From: Mantamonas sphyraenae STR306
Lineage: Eukaryota; Protista; CRuMs
NCBI GenBank assembly: GCA_026936335.1
Contig: JAPMXV010000050.1
Coordinates: 62,001-126,000, forward strand
DNA length: 64,000 bases
Direction of reading: 5' to 3'
Below the pieces are notes generated by a model. It had not been told where the DNA came from. It worked only from the letters and a program-made list of their open reading frames with translations, and did no database searches. Each line of letters starts with the position of its first letter. The stretch's first letter is position 1. This document shows, piece by piece, positions 33,501 through 48,500 of the stretch. The position numbers and the translations under genes are program-made.

Positions 33501-36500
33501 TCGCGATCAGAGAGGCTGGCGGAGATTGAGGATGTGGACAAGCGTGTGCGGGCAGCCAACGAAGAGTTGCAGAAGGAGAATGCGACATTGCGGGAAGAGA
33601 AATCTGCTTGGAAGGAGGAGATGAAGAAGTACGAGGAACGGGCAGTTGTGGCAGAGGAGGAGGTGGAACGAGTTGAGGCGGAGATTGTATTGGTGAGAGA
33701 GGAGATTGTGAAGGAGAGGGCGGAGAGGGAGGCTGTGGCCAAGCAGCTGGCAGATGTGACTGAGGAGAAGGAAACCACCGTGAAGCAGCTTGCCGAGGTG
33801 ACTGAGGAGAAGGAGACAGCCGTGAAGCAGCTGGCAGAGGTGATTGAGGAGAAGGAGGCTGTGACCAAGCAGGTGGCAGAGGTGACTGAGGAGAAGGAGG
33901 CTGTGACCAAGCAGCTGGCCGAGATGGTTGAGGAGAAGGAGGCTGTAACCAAGCAGCTGGCAGATGTGACCGAGGAGAAGGAGACCGCCGTGAAGAAGCT
34001 GGCGGCGACCAAGGCATCCAAAGTACGCAGTGAAGAAGCACTGGATGCAAAGGTGGCAGAGCTTGTGCAAGAAGTGTCCGAGGCACGATCGCGATCAGAG
34101 AGGCTGGCGGAGATTGAGGATGTGGACAAGCGTGTGCGGGCAGCCAACGAAGAGTTGCAGAAGGAGAATGCGACATTGCGGGAAGGGAAATCTGCTTGGA
34201 AGGAGGAGATGAAGAAGTACGAGGAACGGGCAGTTGTGGCAGAGGAGGAGGTGGAACGAGTTGAAGCGGAGATTGTATCGGTGAGAGAGGAGGTTGTGAA
34301 GGAGAGGGCGGAGAGGGAGGCTGTGGCCAAGCAGCTGGCAGATGTGACTGAGGAGAAGGAGGCTGTAACCAAGCAGCTGGCAGATGTGACTGAGGAGAAG
34401 GAAACCACCGTGAAGCAGCTTGCCGAGGTGACTGAGGAGAAGGAGACAGCCGTGAAGCAGCTGGCAGAGGTGATTGAGGAGAAGGAGGCTGTGACCAAGC
34501 AGGTGGCAGAGGTGACTGAGGAGAAGGAGGCTGTGACCAAGCAGCTGGCCGAGATGGTTGAGGAGAAGGAGGCTGTAACCAAGCAGCTGGCAGATGTGAC
34601 CGAGGAGAAGGAGACCGCCGTGAAGAAGCTGGCGGCGACCAAGGCATCCAAAGTACGCAGTGAAGAAGCACTGGATGCAAAGGTGGCAGAGCTTGTGCAA
34701 GAAGTGTCCGAGGCACGATCGCGATCAGAGAGGCTGGCGGAGATTGAGGATGTGGACAAGCGTGTGCGGGCAGCCAACGAAGAGTTGCAGAAGGAGAATG
34801 CGACATTGCGGGAAGAGAAATCTGCTTGGAAGGAGGAGATGAAGAAGTACGAGGAACGGGCAGTTGTGGCAGAGGAGGAGGTGGAACGAGTTGAGGCGGA
34901 GATTGTATTGGTGAGAGAGGAGATTGTGAAGGAGAGGGCGGAGAGGGAGGCTGTGGCCAAGCAGCTGGCAGATGTGACTGAGGAGAAGGAAACCACCGTG
35001 AAGCAGCTTGCCGAGGTGACTGAGGAGAAGGAGACAGCCGTGAAGCAGGTGGCAGAGGTGACCGAGGAGAAGGAGACCGCCGTGAAGCAGCTTGCAGAGG
35101 GGACTGAGGAGAAGGAGGCTGTGACCAAGCAGCTGGCCGAGATGGTTGAGGAGAAGGAGGCTGTAACCAAGCAGCTGGCAGATGTGACCGAGGAGAGGGA
35201 GACCGCCGTGAAGAAGCTTGCCGAGGTGACTGAGGAGAAGGAGACAGCCGTGAAGCAGCTGGCAGAGGTGATTGAGGAGAAGGAGGCTGTAACCAAGCAG
35301 CTGGCAGATGTGACCGAGGAGAAGGAGACCGCCGTGAAGAAGCTGGCGGCGACCAAGGCATCCAAAGTACGCAGTGAAGAAGCACTGGATGCAAAGGTGG
35401 CAGAGCTTGTGCAAGAAGTGTCCGAGGCACGATCGCGATCAGAGAGGCTGGCGGAGATTGAGGATGTGGACAAGCGTGTGCGGGCAGCCAACGAAGAGTT
35501 GCAGAAGGAGAATGCGACATTGCGGGAAGAGAAATCTGCTTGGAAGGAGGAGATGAAGAAGTACGAGGAACGGGCAGTTGTGGCAGAGGAGGAGGTGGAA
35601 CGAGTTGAAGCGGAGATTGTATCGGTGAGAGAGGAGGTTGTGAAGGAGAGGGCGGAGAAGGAGACTGTGGCCAAGCAGCTGGCAGATGTGACTGAGGAGA
35701 AGGAGGCTGTAACCAAGCAGCTGGCAGATGTGACTGAGGAGAAGGAAACCACCGTGAAGCAGCTTGCCGAGGTGACTGAGGAGAAGGAGACAGTGACGAA
35801 GCAGCTGGCCGAGATGGTTGAGGAGAAGGAGGCTGTAACCAGGCAGCTGGCAGAGGTGACTGAGGAGAAGGACACTATGGCCAAGGAGCTGGCACAGGTC
35901 GCTGAGGAGAAGGACACTGTGACGAAGCAGCTGGAAGAGGTTGCTGAGGAGAATGACAGTGTCGGTGCGACTCTGGCAGCTGAGAAGCGTACTGCGGAAG
36001 CACTGCGGGAAGAACTTGCCTTGTCTGTGTCTGCGCAGGACGAGATGCGTCGTGAATGGGCTGATGAGATGGCGGCGATGGAGAAGCAACTGCAGGAAGT
36101 GCGAGCGGAGGCGGATAGACAGGTGGAGATGATCGCAGCGTTGGAAGAGGTTGCAAGGAACATGGATCCGCACGAGGAGAAAGAGTGCGCACGATGCATG
36201 GGAGAGCTTGCGCTTGTTGGGGAATGGAGTGAGCATGTGGCGAAGAGCAGGGTGGAGGGCAGGAGCCAGGTTGGTGGAGACGAGTACGCGGAGGTGGATG
36301 AGGAGGGTGGAGAGTGGGCATGGGAGGTAGAAATGGTGGCGAGCGATGGGAAGAAGCGGCGAGGATGGCAGCTGAGCAAGATGGAAGTTGAGGGAGGAGG
36401 AGAAGAAAGCGGCCAAGGTGGGGAGAGTGGAGTTGGCCTTGGAAGCGATGGGCGTGCGGCTGTGCAGCGTCTGCGAGGCGATGTGCAGAAGGAACGATTT

Positions 36501-39500
36501 GAGATTCGACGTATGCGTGCGGTTTGGCAGAAGGAAAGGTCGGAGTCGGAGGCGATGCAGGCAAGGTTGGCGGAAGAACGGCAGACGCTGGAGGCCCGTG
36601 TTGCAGAGCTTGAGAGTGAGCTGTCGGATGCACGAGCAGCGACGGAGAAGATGGCGACGGAGCTTGCGAAAGCACAGACGGCACACGAAAGTGAGGTGAA
36701 GGAGCTTGAGGCGATGCATCAGCAGCAGATGGCGACGATGGAGGCGACGGATGGCGAGGAAGCAGCGGAGGCAGCGAAGAAGCACCGTGAAGAGATGGAA
36801 CGGGTGCGAGAGGAACGACGGGTGGCGTTGAAGGAGTTGGAGCGCGTTGTTGCTGAATCGAAGGCAAAGGAGGAGGAGGCGAAGCGTGCAGCTGATGAGG
36901 CAGGAAAGGCAGCACGTGCGGCAGAAGCGCGTGCAGTGGAGGAAGCCGTGATGGCCGAGCAGGTTGCAGCGAAGGAAGCACGAGAAGCACTGGAAGCGGA
37001 GAAGGCAGAAGAGCACAAGAAGGAAGTGGAAGGGATTTTGGCATCGTTGCAGAAGCTGCAGGCGCAGATGCACTCTTTGCAGAAGGATGCACAGGAGGCG
37101 CAGGAGCAGAACGACACGCTGCAAAGGTCGTTGGAGGAATATGAGGAGAGCATTGCTTTGTTGGAACAGGAGAAGGAGGTTGCGTTGAGGAAGGCGGAGG
37201 AGACGGGGCGACTGAGGGAGGAGGAGGCAGTGGCGGCTGTGAAGGAAGCGATGCGAGAGGAGCACATGGCGTATGTGTCGGATATGGAGAGGAAGTCGGA
37301 AGAGAAGGCGGAGATGGAACGTGTGGCAGCTGTGGAAGCAGCAGTGGCCAATACGAAGGAGGAGATGGAAACACAGAGGACATTGGCGGTGGAGGAAGCT
37401 GTGAAGGAGGCCAAGAAGGAGATGGAAGAGCAGCATGCTGTCGCTGTTGAAGAAGCTGTGAAGGAGGCCAAGAAGGAGATGGATGAACAGCATTCAGCCG
37501 AGGTGACTGCGATGCAGGAGCAGATGGCGTCGTCGTGGGCAGAAGCCGAGCAAGAGGTGACGGAGCTGCGTGTGAAGAACACCGCTCTGGAGAAGGAAAG
37601 GAAGGAGTTGAAGGAAGCTTTGGCGAGGGTGGAGTCGAAGATGGACGAAGTGGTCGCCGAACGTACGGCGATGATTGCACGACAGGATGAAGAGAGGAAT
37701 AAGCAGCGTGGAATTGTGAGACGGTTGGAGGAAGAGGCACAGGAGGAGCGGGCGGCGCAGAAGACCCGTGAGGAACAGCTGGAACAGGCATTGAAGCAGG
37801 CTCGGGAGCGTGCGACGCGGTTGGTGGAGATTGAAGAAGCCGATGAACGACTGACAAAGGCGAACCAGGAGCTGCAGGACGAGGTGGAGGAACTGCGAGA
37901 GAAGAACGAGAAGTTGGAGAAGGAAGTTGCGGAAGATCGACGTCAGATGGAGTCGATGTACTCTGAAGCGGAAGGGAAGGTTCAAGCGCTGACGCAGGAG
38001 ATACAGGAAGAGCAAAGTGAGAGGGAACGGGCTGTGGAAGAAGTGCAGGTGGAACTGCGCGCAGTGCAACATCGTGTGGAAGTGCTTGAGGAGGAGAAGA
38101 GTGCACTGGAGAAGCAAGTTTCAGCGAAGGATGAGGAGAAGGAGGGTGTGACGAAGCAGCTGGCAGAGGTGACTGGGGAGAAGGAGGCTGTGACGAAGCA
38201 GCTGGCAGTGGTGACTGAGGAAAAGGACGGTATGGCCAAGCAGCTGGCAGAGGTCGCTGAGGAGAAGGAGGCTGTGTCGAAGCAGCTGGATGAGTTGACT
38301 GAAGGGAAGGAGGCTGTGACGAAGAAGCTGGCAGAGGTGACTGAAGAGAAGGAGGGTGTGACCACGCAGCTCGCAGATGTGACTAGGGAGAAGGAGACAG
38401 CCGTGAAGCAGCTGGCAGAGGTGACTGGGGAGAAGGAGGCTGTGACGAAGAAGCTGGATGCGGTGACCGTAGAGAAGGAGGGTGTGACCAAGCAGCTGGA
38501 TGCGGTGACCGTAGAGAAGGAGACTGTAACCAAGCAGCTGGCAGAGGTGACTGGCGAGAAGGAGGCTGTGACGAAGCAGCTGGCAGAGGTCGCTGAGGAG
38601 AAGGACAGCGTCAGTGAGACTCTGGCAGCTGAGAAGCGTACTGTGGAAGCACTGCGGGAAGAACTTGCCTTGTCTGTGTCTGCACAGGACGAGTTGCGTC
38701 GTGAACGGGCTGATGAGATGGCAGCGATGGAGAAGCAACTGCAGGAAGTGCGAGCGGAGGCGGATAGACAGGTGGAGATGATCGCAGCGTTGGAAGAGGT
38801 TGCAAGGAACATGGATCCGCACGAGGAGAAAGAGTGCACACGATGCATGGGTGAGCTTGCGCTTGTTGGGGAATGGAGTGAGCATGTGGCGAAGAGCAGA
38901 GTGGAGGGCAGGAGCCAGGTTGGTGGAGACGAGTACGCGGAGGTGGATGAGGAGGGTGGAGAGTGGGCATGGGAGGTAGAAAGGGTGGCGAGCGATGGGA
39001 AGAAGCGGCGAGGATGGCAGCTGAGCAAGATGGAAGTTGAGGGAGGAGGAGAAGAAAGCGGCCAAGGTGGGGAGAGTGGAGTTGGCCTTGGAAGCGATGG
39101 GCGTGCGGCTGTGCAGCGTCTGCGAGGCGATGTGCAGAAGGAACGATTTGAGATTCGACGTATGCGTGCGGTTTGGCAGAAGGAAAGGTCGGAGTCGGAG
39201 GCGATGCAGGCAAGGTTGGCGGAAGAACGGCAGACGCTGGAGGCCCGTGTTGCAGAGCTTGAGAGTGAGCTGTCGGATGCACGAGCAGCGACGGAGAAGA
39301 TGGCGACGGAGCTTGCGAAAGCACAGACGGCACACGAAAGTGAGGTGAAGGAGCTTGAGGCGATGCATCAGCAGCAGATGGCGACGATGGAGGCGACGGA
39401 TGGCGAGGAAGCAGCGGAGGCAGCGAAGAAGCACCGTGAAGAGATGGAACGGGTGCGAGAGGAACGACGGGCGGCGTTGAAGGAGTTGGAGCGCGTTGTT

Positions 39501-42500
39501 GCTGAATCGAAGGCAAAGGAGGAGGAGGCGAAGCGTGCAGCTGATGAGGCAGGAAAGGCAGCACGTGCGGCAGAAGCGCGTGCAGTGGAGGAAGCCGTGA
39601 TGGCCGAGCAGGTTGCAGCGAAGGAAGCACGAGAAGCACTGGAAGCGGAGAAGGCAGAAGAGCACAAGAAGGAAGTGGAAGGGATTTTGGCATCGTTGCA
39701 GAAGCTGCAGGCGCAGATGCACTCTTTGCAGAAGGATGCACAGGAGGCGCAGGAGCAGAACGACACGCTGCAAAGGTCGTTGGAGGAATATGAGGAGAGC
39801 ATTGCTGTGTTGGAACAGGAGAAGGAGGTTGCGTTGAGGAAGGCGGAGGAGACGGGGCGACTGAGGGAGGAGGAGGCAGTGGCGGCTGTGAAGGAAGCGA
39901 TGCGAGAAGAGCACATGGCGTATGTGTCGGATATGGAGAGGAAGTCGGACGAGAAGGCGGAGATGGAACGTGTGGCAGCTGTGGAAGCAGCAGTGGCCAG
40001 GACGAAGGAGGAGATGGAAACACAGAGGACATTGGCGGTGGAGGAAGCTGTGAAGGAGGCCAAGAAGGAGATGGAAGAGCAGCATGCTGTCGCTGTTGAA
40101 GAAGCTGTGAAGGAGACCAAGAAGGAGATGGAAGAGCAGCATTCTGTCGCCGTTGAGGAAGCTGTGAAGGAGGTGAAGCAGCGGATGGGGGAGGAACATG
40201 CAGCGGCTGTTGAAGCAGCAGTGAAGGAGGTGAAGCAGCAGATGGAAGAGGAATATGCAGCGGCTGTTGAAGCAGCAGTGGCCAATACGAAGGAGGAGAT
40301 GGAAACACAGAGGACATTGGCAGTGGAGGAAGCTGTGAAGGAGGCCAAGAAGGAGATGGAAGAGCAGCATGCTGTCGCTGTTGAAGAAGCTGTGAAGGAG
40401 GCCAAGAAGGAGATGGATGAACAGCATTCAGCCGAGGTGACTGCGATGCAGGAGCAGATGGCGTCGTCGTGGGCAGAAGCCGAGCAAGAGGTGACGGAGC
40501 TGCGTGTGAAGAACACCGCTCTGGAGAAGGAAAGGAAGGAGTTGAAGGAAGCTTTGGCGAGGGTGGAGTCGAAGATGGACGAAGTGGTCGCCGAGCGTAC
40601 GGCGATGATTGCACGACAGGATGAAGAGAGGAATAAGCAGCGTGGAATTGTGAGACGATTGGAGGAAGAGGCACAGGAGGAGCGCGTGGCGCAGAAGACC
40701 CGTGAGGAACAGCTGGAACAGGCATTGAAGCAGGCTCGGGAGCGTGCGACGCGGTTGGTGGAGATTGAAGAAGCCGATGAACGACTGACAAAGGCGAACC
40801 AGGAGCTGCAGAACGAGGTGGAGGAACTGCGAGAGAAGAACGAGAAGTTGGAGAAGGAAGCTGCGGAAGATCGACGTCAGATGGAGTCGATGTACTCTGA
40901 AGCGGAAGGGAAGGTTCAAGCGCTGACGCAGGAGATACAGGAAGAGCAAAGTGAGAGGGAACGGGCTGTGGAAGAAGTGCAGGTGGAACTGCGTGCAGTG
41001 CAACATCGTGTGGAAGTGCTTGAGGAGGAGAAGAGTGCACTGGAGAAGCAAGTTTCAGCGAAGGATGAGGAGAAGGAGGGTGTGACGAAGCAGCTGGCAG
41101 TGGTGACTGAGGAAAAGGACGGTATGGCCAAGCAGCTGGCAGAGGTGGCTGAGGAGAAGGTCACTGTGTCGAAGCAGCTGAATGAGTTGACTGAAGGGAA
41201 GGAGGCTGTGACGAAGAAGCTGGCAGAGGTGACTGAAGAGAAGGAGGGTGTGACCAAGCAGCTGGCAGTGGTGACTGAGGAAAAGGACGGTATGGCCAAG
41301 CAGCTGGCAGAGGTGGCTGAGGAGAAGGTCACTGTGTCGAAGCAGCTGAATGAGTTGACTGAAGGGAAGGAGGCTGTGACGAAGAAGCTGGCAGAGGTGA
41401 CTGAAGAGAAGGAGGGTGTGACCACGCAGCTCGCAGATGTGACTAGGGAGAAGGAGACAGCCGTGAAGCAGCTGGCAGAGGTGACTGGGGAGAAGGAGGC
41501 TGTGACGAAGAAGCTGGCAGAGATGGTTGACGAGAACGATGTGATGACGAAGAAGCTCGCAGAGGTGACTGAGGAGAAGGAGACTGTGACGCAGAAACTG
41601 GATGAGTTGAACGAGCAGAAGGAGACCGTCGTTAAGAAGCTCGCAGAGGTGACTAAGGAGAAGGAGACAGCCGTGAAGCAGCTGGCAGAGGTGACTGGGG
41701 AGAAGGAGGCTGTGACAACGCAGCTGACACAGGTCGCTGAGGAGAAGGACACTGTGACGAAGCAGCTGGCAGAGGTCGCTGAGAAGAAGGACAGCGTCAG
41801 TGAGACTCTGGCAGCTGAGAAGCGTACTGCGGAAGCACTGCGGGAAGAACTTGCCTTGTCTGTGTCTGCACAGGACGAGTTGCGTCGTGAACGGGCTGAT
41901 GAGATGGCAGCGATGGAGAAGCAACTGCAGGAAGTGCGAGCGGAGGCGGATAGACAGGTGGAGATGATCGCAGCGTTGGAAGAGGTTGCAAGGAACATGG
42001 ATCCGCACGAGGAGAAAGAGTGCACACGATGCATGGGTGAGCTTGCGCTTGTTGGGGAATGGAGTGAGCATGTGGCGAAGAGCAGAGTGGAGGGCAGGAG
42101 CCAGGTTGGTGGAGACGAGTACGCGGAGGTGGATGAGGAGGGTGGAGAGTGGGCATGGGAGGTAGAAAGGGTGGCGAGCGATGGGAAGAAGCGGCGAGGA
42201 TGGCAGCTGAGCAAGATGGAAGTTGAGGGAGGAGGAGAAGAAAGCGGCCAAGGTGGGGAGAGTGGAGTTGGCCTTGGAAGCGATGGGCGTGCGGCCGTGC
42301 AGCGTCTGCGAGGCGATGTGCAGAAGGAACGATTTGAGATTCGACGTATGCGTGCGGTTTGGCAGAAGGAAAGGTCGGAGTCGGAGGCGATGCAGGCAAG
42401 TTTGGCGGAAGAACGGCAGACGCTGGAGGCCCGTGTTGCAGAGCTTGAGAGTGAGCTGTCGGATGCACGAGCAGCGACGGAGAAGATGGCGACGGAGCTT

Positions 42501-45500
42501 GCGAAAGCACAGACGGCACACGAAAGTGAGGTGAAGGAGCTTGAGGCGATGCATCAGCAGCAGATGGCGACGATGGAGGCGACGGATGGCGAGGAAGCAG
42601 CGGAGGCAGCGAAGAAGCACCGTGAAGAGATGGAACGGGTGCGAGAGGAACGACGGGCGGCGTTGAAGGAGTTGGAGCGCGTTGTTGCTGAATCGAAGGC
42701 AAAGGAGGAGGAGGCGAAGCGTGCAGCTGATGAGGCAGGAAAGGCAGCACGTGCGGCAGAAGCGCGTGCAGTGGAGGAAGCCGTGATGGCCGAGCAGGTT
42801 GCAGCGAAGGAAGCACGAGAAGCACTGGAAGCGGAGAAGGCAGAAGAGCACAAGAAGGAAGTGGAAGGGATTTTGGCATCGTTGCAGAAGCTGCAGGCGC
42901 AGATGCACTCTTTGCAGAAGGATGCACAGGAGGCGCAGGAGCAGAACGACACGCTGCAAAGGTCGTTGGAGGAATATGAGGAGAGCATTGCTGTGTTGGA
43001 ACAGGAGAAGGAGGTTGCGTTGAGGAAGGCGGAGGAGACGGGGCGACTGAGGGAGGAGGAGGCAGTGGCGGCTGTGAAGGAAGCGATGCGAGAAGAGCAC
43101 ATGGCGTATGTGTCGGATATGGAGAGGAAGTCGGACGAGAAGGCGGAGATGGAACGTGTGGCAGCTGTGGAAGCAGCAGTGGCCAGGACGAAGGAGGAGA
43201 TGGAAGCACAGAGGACATTGGAGGTGGAGGAAGCTGTGAAGGAAGTGAAGCAGCAGATGGAGGAGGAACATGCAGCGGCTGTTGGAGAAGCAGTGACGGA
43301 GGTGAAGCAGCAGATGGAGGAGGAACATGCAGCGGCTGTTGGAGAAGCTGTGAAGGAGACCAAGAAGGAGATGGAAGAGCAGCATTCTGTCGCTGTTGAG
43401 GAAGCTGTGAAGGAGACCAAGAAGGAGATGGAAGAGCAGCATTCAGCCGAGGTGACTGCGATGCAGGAGCAGATGGCTTCGTCGTGGGCAGAAGCCGAGC
43501 AAGAGGTGACGGAGCTGCGTGTGAAGAACACCGCTCTGGAGAAGGAAAGGGAGGAGTTGAAGGAAGCTTTGGCGAGGGTGGAGTCGAAGATGGACGACGT
43601 GGTCGCCGAGCGTACGGCGATGATTGCACGACAGGATGAAGAGAGGAATAAGCAGCGTGGAATTGTGAGACGGTTGGAGGAAGAGGCACAGGAGGAGCGG
43701 GCGGCGCAGAAGACCCGTGAGGAACAGCTGGAACAGGCATTGAAGCAGGCTCGGGAGCGTGCGACGCGGTTGGTGGAGATTGAAGAAGCCGATGAACGAC
43801 TGACAAAGGCGAACCAGGAGCTGCAGGACGAGGTGGAGGAACTGCGAGAGAAGAACGAGAAGTTGGAGAAGGAAGTTGCGGAAGATCGACGTCAGATGGA
43901 GTCGATGTACTCTGAAGCGGAAGGGAAGGTTCAAGCGCTGACGCAGGAGATACAGGAAGAGCAAAGTGAGAGGGAACGGGCTGTGGAAGAAGTGCAGGTG
44001 GAACTGCGTGCAGTGCAACATCGTGTGGAAGTGCTTGAGGAGGAGAAGAGTGCACTGGAGAAGCAAGTTTCAGCGAAGGATGAGGAGAAGGAGGGTGTGA
44101 CGAAGCAGCTGGCAGAGGTGACTGAAGAGAAGGAGGGTGTGACCAAGCAGCTGGCAGTGGTGACTGAGGAAAAGGACGGTATGGCCAAGCAGCTGGCAGA
44201 GGTGGCTGAGGAGAAGGTCACTGTGTCGAAGCAGCTGAATGAGTTGACTGAAGGGAAGGAGGCTGTGACGAAGAAGCTGGCAGAGGTGACTGAAGAGAAG
44301 GAGGGTGTGACCACGCAGCTCGCAGATGTGACTAGGGAGAAGGAGACAGCCGTGAAGCAGCTGGCAGAGGTGACTGGGGAGAAGGAGGCTGTGACGAAGA
44401 AGCTGGCAGAGATGGTTGACGAGAACGATGTGATGACGAAGAAGCTCGCAGAGGTGACTGAGGAGAAGGAGACTGTGACGCAGAAACTGGATGAGTTGAA
44501 CGAGCAGAAGGAGACCGTCGTTAAGAAGCTCGCAGAGGTGACTAAGGAGAAGGAGACCGCCGTGAAGCAGCTGGCAGAGGTGACTGGGGAGAAGGAGGCT
44601 GTGACAACGCAGCTGACACAGGTCGCTGAGGAGAAGGACACTGTGACGAAGCAGCTGGCAGAGGTCGCTGAGGAGAAGGACAGCGTCAGTGAGACTCTGG
44701 CAGCTGAGAAGCGTACTGCGGAAGCACTGCGGGAAGAACTTGCCTTGTCTGTGTCTGCACAGGACGAGTTGCGTCGTGAACGGGCTGATGAGATGGCAGC
44801 GATGGAGAAGCAACTGCAGGAAGTGCGAGCGGAGGCGGATAGACAGGTGGAGATGATCGCAGCGTTGGAAGAGGTTGCAAGGAACATGGATCCGCACGAG
44901 GAGAAAGAGTGCACACGATGCATGGGTGAGCTTGCGCTTGTTGGGGAATGGAGTGAGCATGTGGCGAAGAGCAGAGTGGAGGGCAGGAGCCAGGTTGGTG
45001 GAGAGACGAGTACGCGGAGGTGGATGAGGAGGGTGGAGAGTGGGCATGGGAGGTAGAAAGGGTGGCGAGCGATGGGAAGAAGCGGCGAGGATGGCAGCTG
45101 AGCAAGATGGAAGTTGAGGGAGGAGGAGAAGAAAGCGGCCAAGGTGGGGAGAGTGGAGTTGGCCTTGGAAGCGATGGGCGTGCGGCCGTGCAGCGTCTGC
45201 GAGGCGATGTGCAGAAGGAACGATTTGAGATTCGACGTATGCGTGCGGTTTGGCAGAAGGAAAGGTCGGAGTCGGAGGCGATGCAGGCAAGTTTGGCGGA
45301 AGAACGGCAGACGCTGGAGGCCCGTGTTGCAGAGCTTGAGAGTGAGCTGTCGGATGCACGAGCAGCGACGGAGAAGATGGCGACGGAGCTTGCGAAAGCA
45401 CAGACGGCACACGAAAGTGAGGTGAAGGAGCTTGAGGCGATGCATCAGCAGCAGATGGCGACGATGGAGGCGACGGATGGCGAGGAAGCAGCGGAGGCAG

Positions 45501-48500
45501 CGAAGAAGCACCGTGAAGAGATGGAACGGGTGCGAGAGGAACGACGGGCGGCGTTGAAGGAGTTGGAGCGCGTTGTTGCTGAATCGAAGGCAAAGGAGGA
45601 GGAGGCGAAGCGTGCAGCTGATGAGGCAGGAAAGGCAGCACGTGCGGCAGAAGCGCGTGCAGTGGAGGAAGCCGTGATGGCCGAGCAGGTTGCAGCGAAG
45701 GAAGCACGAGAAGCACTGGAAGCGGAGAAGGCAGAAGAGCACAAGAAGGAAGTGGAAGGGATTTTGGCATCGTTGCAGAAGCTGCAGGCGCAGATGCACT
45801 CTTTGCAGAAGGATGCACAGGAGGCGCAGGAGCAGAACGACACGCTGCAAAGGTCGTTGGAGGAATATGAGGAGAGCATTGCTGTGTTGGAACAGGAGAA
45901 GGAGGTTGCGTTGAGGAAGGCGGAGGAGACGGGGCGACTGAGGGAGGAGGAGGCAGTGGCGGCTGTGAAGGAAGCGATGCGAGAAGAGCACATGGCGTAT
46001 GTGTCGGATATGGAGAGGAAGTCGGACGAGAAGGCGGAGATGGAACGTGTGGCAGCTGTGGAAGCAGCAGTGGCCAGGACGAAGGAGGAGATGGAAGCAC
46101 AGAGGACATTGGCGGTGGAGGAAGCTGTGAAGGAAGTGAAGCAGCAGATGGAGGAGGAACATGCAGCGGCTGTTGGAGAAGCAGTGACGGAGGTGAAGCA
46201 GCAGATGGAGGAGGAACATGCAGCGGCCGTTGGAGAAGCTGTGAAGGAGACCAAGAAGGAGATGGAAGAGCAGCATTCTGTCGCTGTTGAGGAAGCTGTG
46301 AAGGAGGTGAAGCAGCAGATGGAGGAGGAACATGCAGCGGCCGTTGAAGAAGCTGTGAAGGAGGCCAAGAAGGAGATGGAAGAGCAGCATGCTGTCGCTG
46401 TTGAAGCAGCAGTGGCCATTACGAAGGAGGAGATGGAAACAGAGAGGACATTGGCAGTGGAGGAAGCTGTGAAGGAGGCCAAGAAGGAGATGGAAGAGCA
46501 GCATGCTGTCGCTGTTGAAGAAGCTGTGAAGGAGACCAAGAAGGAGATGGAAGAGCAGCATGCTGTCGCTGTTGAGGAAGCTGTGAAGGAGACCAAGAAG
46601 GAGATGGAAGAGCAGCATTCTGTCGCTGTTGAAGAAGCTGTAAAGGAGGCGAAGCAGCAGATGGAGGAGGAACATGCAGCGGCTGTTGAGGAAGCTGTGA
46701 AGGAGACCAAGAAGGAGATGGAAGATCAGCATTCTGTCGCTGTTGAGGAAGCTGTGAAGGAGGTGAAGCAGCAGATGGAGGAGGAACATGCAGCGGCCGT
46801 TGAAGAAGCTGTGAAGGAGGCCAAGAAGGAGATGGAAGAGCAGCATGCTGTCGCTGTTGAAGCAGCAGTGGCCATTACGAAGGAGGAGATGGAAACAGAG
46901 AGGACATTGGCAGTGGAGGAAGCTGTGAAGGAGGCCAAGAAGGAGATGGAAGAGCAGCATGCTGTCGCTGTTGAAGAAGCTGTGAAGGAGACCAAGAAGG
47001 AGATGGAAGAGCAGCATGCTGTCGCTGTTGAGGAAGCTGTGAAGGAGACCAAGAAGGAGATGGAAGAGCAGCATTCAGCCGAGGTGACTGCGATGCAGGA
47101 GCAGATGGCTTCGTCGTGGGCAGAAGCCGAGCAAGAGGTGACGGAGCTGCGTGTGAAGAACACCGCTCTGGAGAAGGAAAGGGAGGAGTTGAAGGAAGCT
47201 TTGGCGAGGGTGGAGTCGAAGATGGACGACGTGGTCGCCGAGCGTACGGCGATGATTGCACGACAGGATGAAGAGAGGAATAAGCAGCGTGGAATTGTGA
47301 GACGGTTGGAGGAAGAGGCACAGGAGGAGCGGGCGGCGCAGAAGACCCGTGAGGAACAGCTGGAACAGGCATTGAAGCAGGCTCGGGAGCGTGCGACGCG
47401 GTTGGTGGAGATTGAAGAAGCCGATGAACGACTGACAAAGGCGAACCAGGAGCTGCAGAACGAGGTGGAGGAACTGCGAGAGAAGAACGAGAAGTTGGAG
47501 AAGGAAGTTGCGGAAGATCGACGTCAGATGGAGTCGATGTACTCTGAAGCGGAAGGGAAGGTTCAAGCGCTGACGCAGGAGATACAGGAAGAGCAAAGTG
47601 AGAGGGAACGGGCTGTGGAAGAAGTGCAGGTGGAACTGCGTGCAGTGCAACATCGTGTGGAAGTGCTTGAGGAGGAGAAGAGTGCACTGGAGAAGCAAGT
47701 TTCAGCGAAGGATGAGGAGAAGGAGGGTGTGACGAAGCAGCTGGCAGAGGTGACTGAGGAAAAGGACGGTATGGCCAAGCAGCTGGCAGAGGTGGCTGAG
47801 GAGAAGGTCACTGTGTCGAAGCAGCTGAATGAGTTGACTGAAGGGAAGGAGGCTGTGACGAAGAAGCTGGCAGAGGTGACTGAAGAGAAGGAGGGTGTGA
47901 CCACGCAGCTCGCAGATGTGACTAGGGAGAAGGAGACAGCCGTGAAGCAGCTGGCAGAGGTGACTGGGGAGAAGGAGGCTGTGACGAAGAAGCTGGCAGA
48001 GATGGTTGACGAGAACGATGTGATGACGAAGAAGCTCGCAGAGGTGACTGAGGAGAAGGAGACTGTGACGCAGAAACTGGATGAGTTGAACGAGCAGAAG
48101 GAGACCGTCGTTAAGAAGCTCGCAGAGGTGACTAAGGAGAAGGAGACCGCCGTGAAGCAGCTGGCAGAGATGGCTGAGGAGAAGGAGACTGTAACCAAGC
48201 AGCTGGCAGAGGTGACTGAGGAGAAGGAGGCTGTGACGAAGCAGCTGGCAGAGGTTGCTGAGGAGAATGACAGCGTCAGTGAGACTCTGGCAGCTGAGAA
48301 GCGTACTGTGGAAGCACTGCGGGAAGAACTTGCCTTGTCTGTGTCTGCACAGGACGAGTTGCGTCGTGAACGGGCTGATGAGATGGCAGCGATGGAGAAG
48401 CAACTGCAGGAAGTGCGAGCGGAGGCGGATAGACAGGTGGAGATGATCGCAGCGTTGGAAGAGGTTGCAAGGAACATGGATCCGCACGAGGAGAAAGAGT

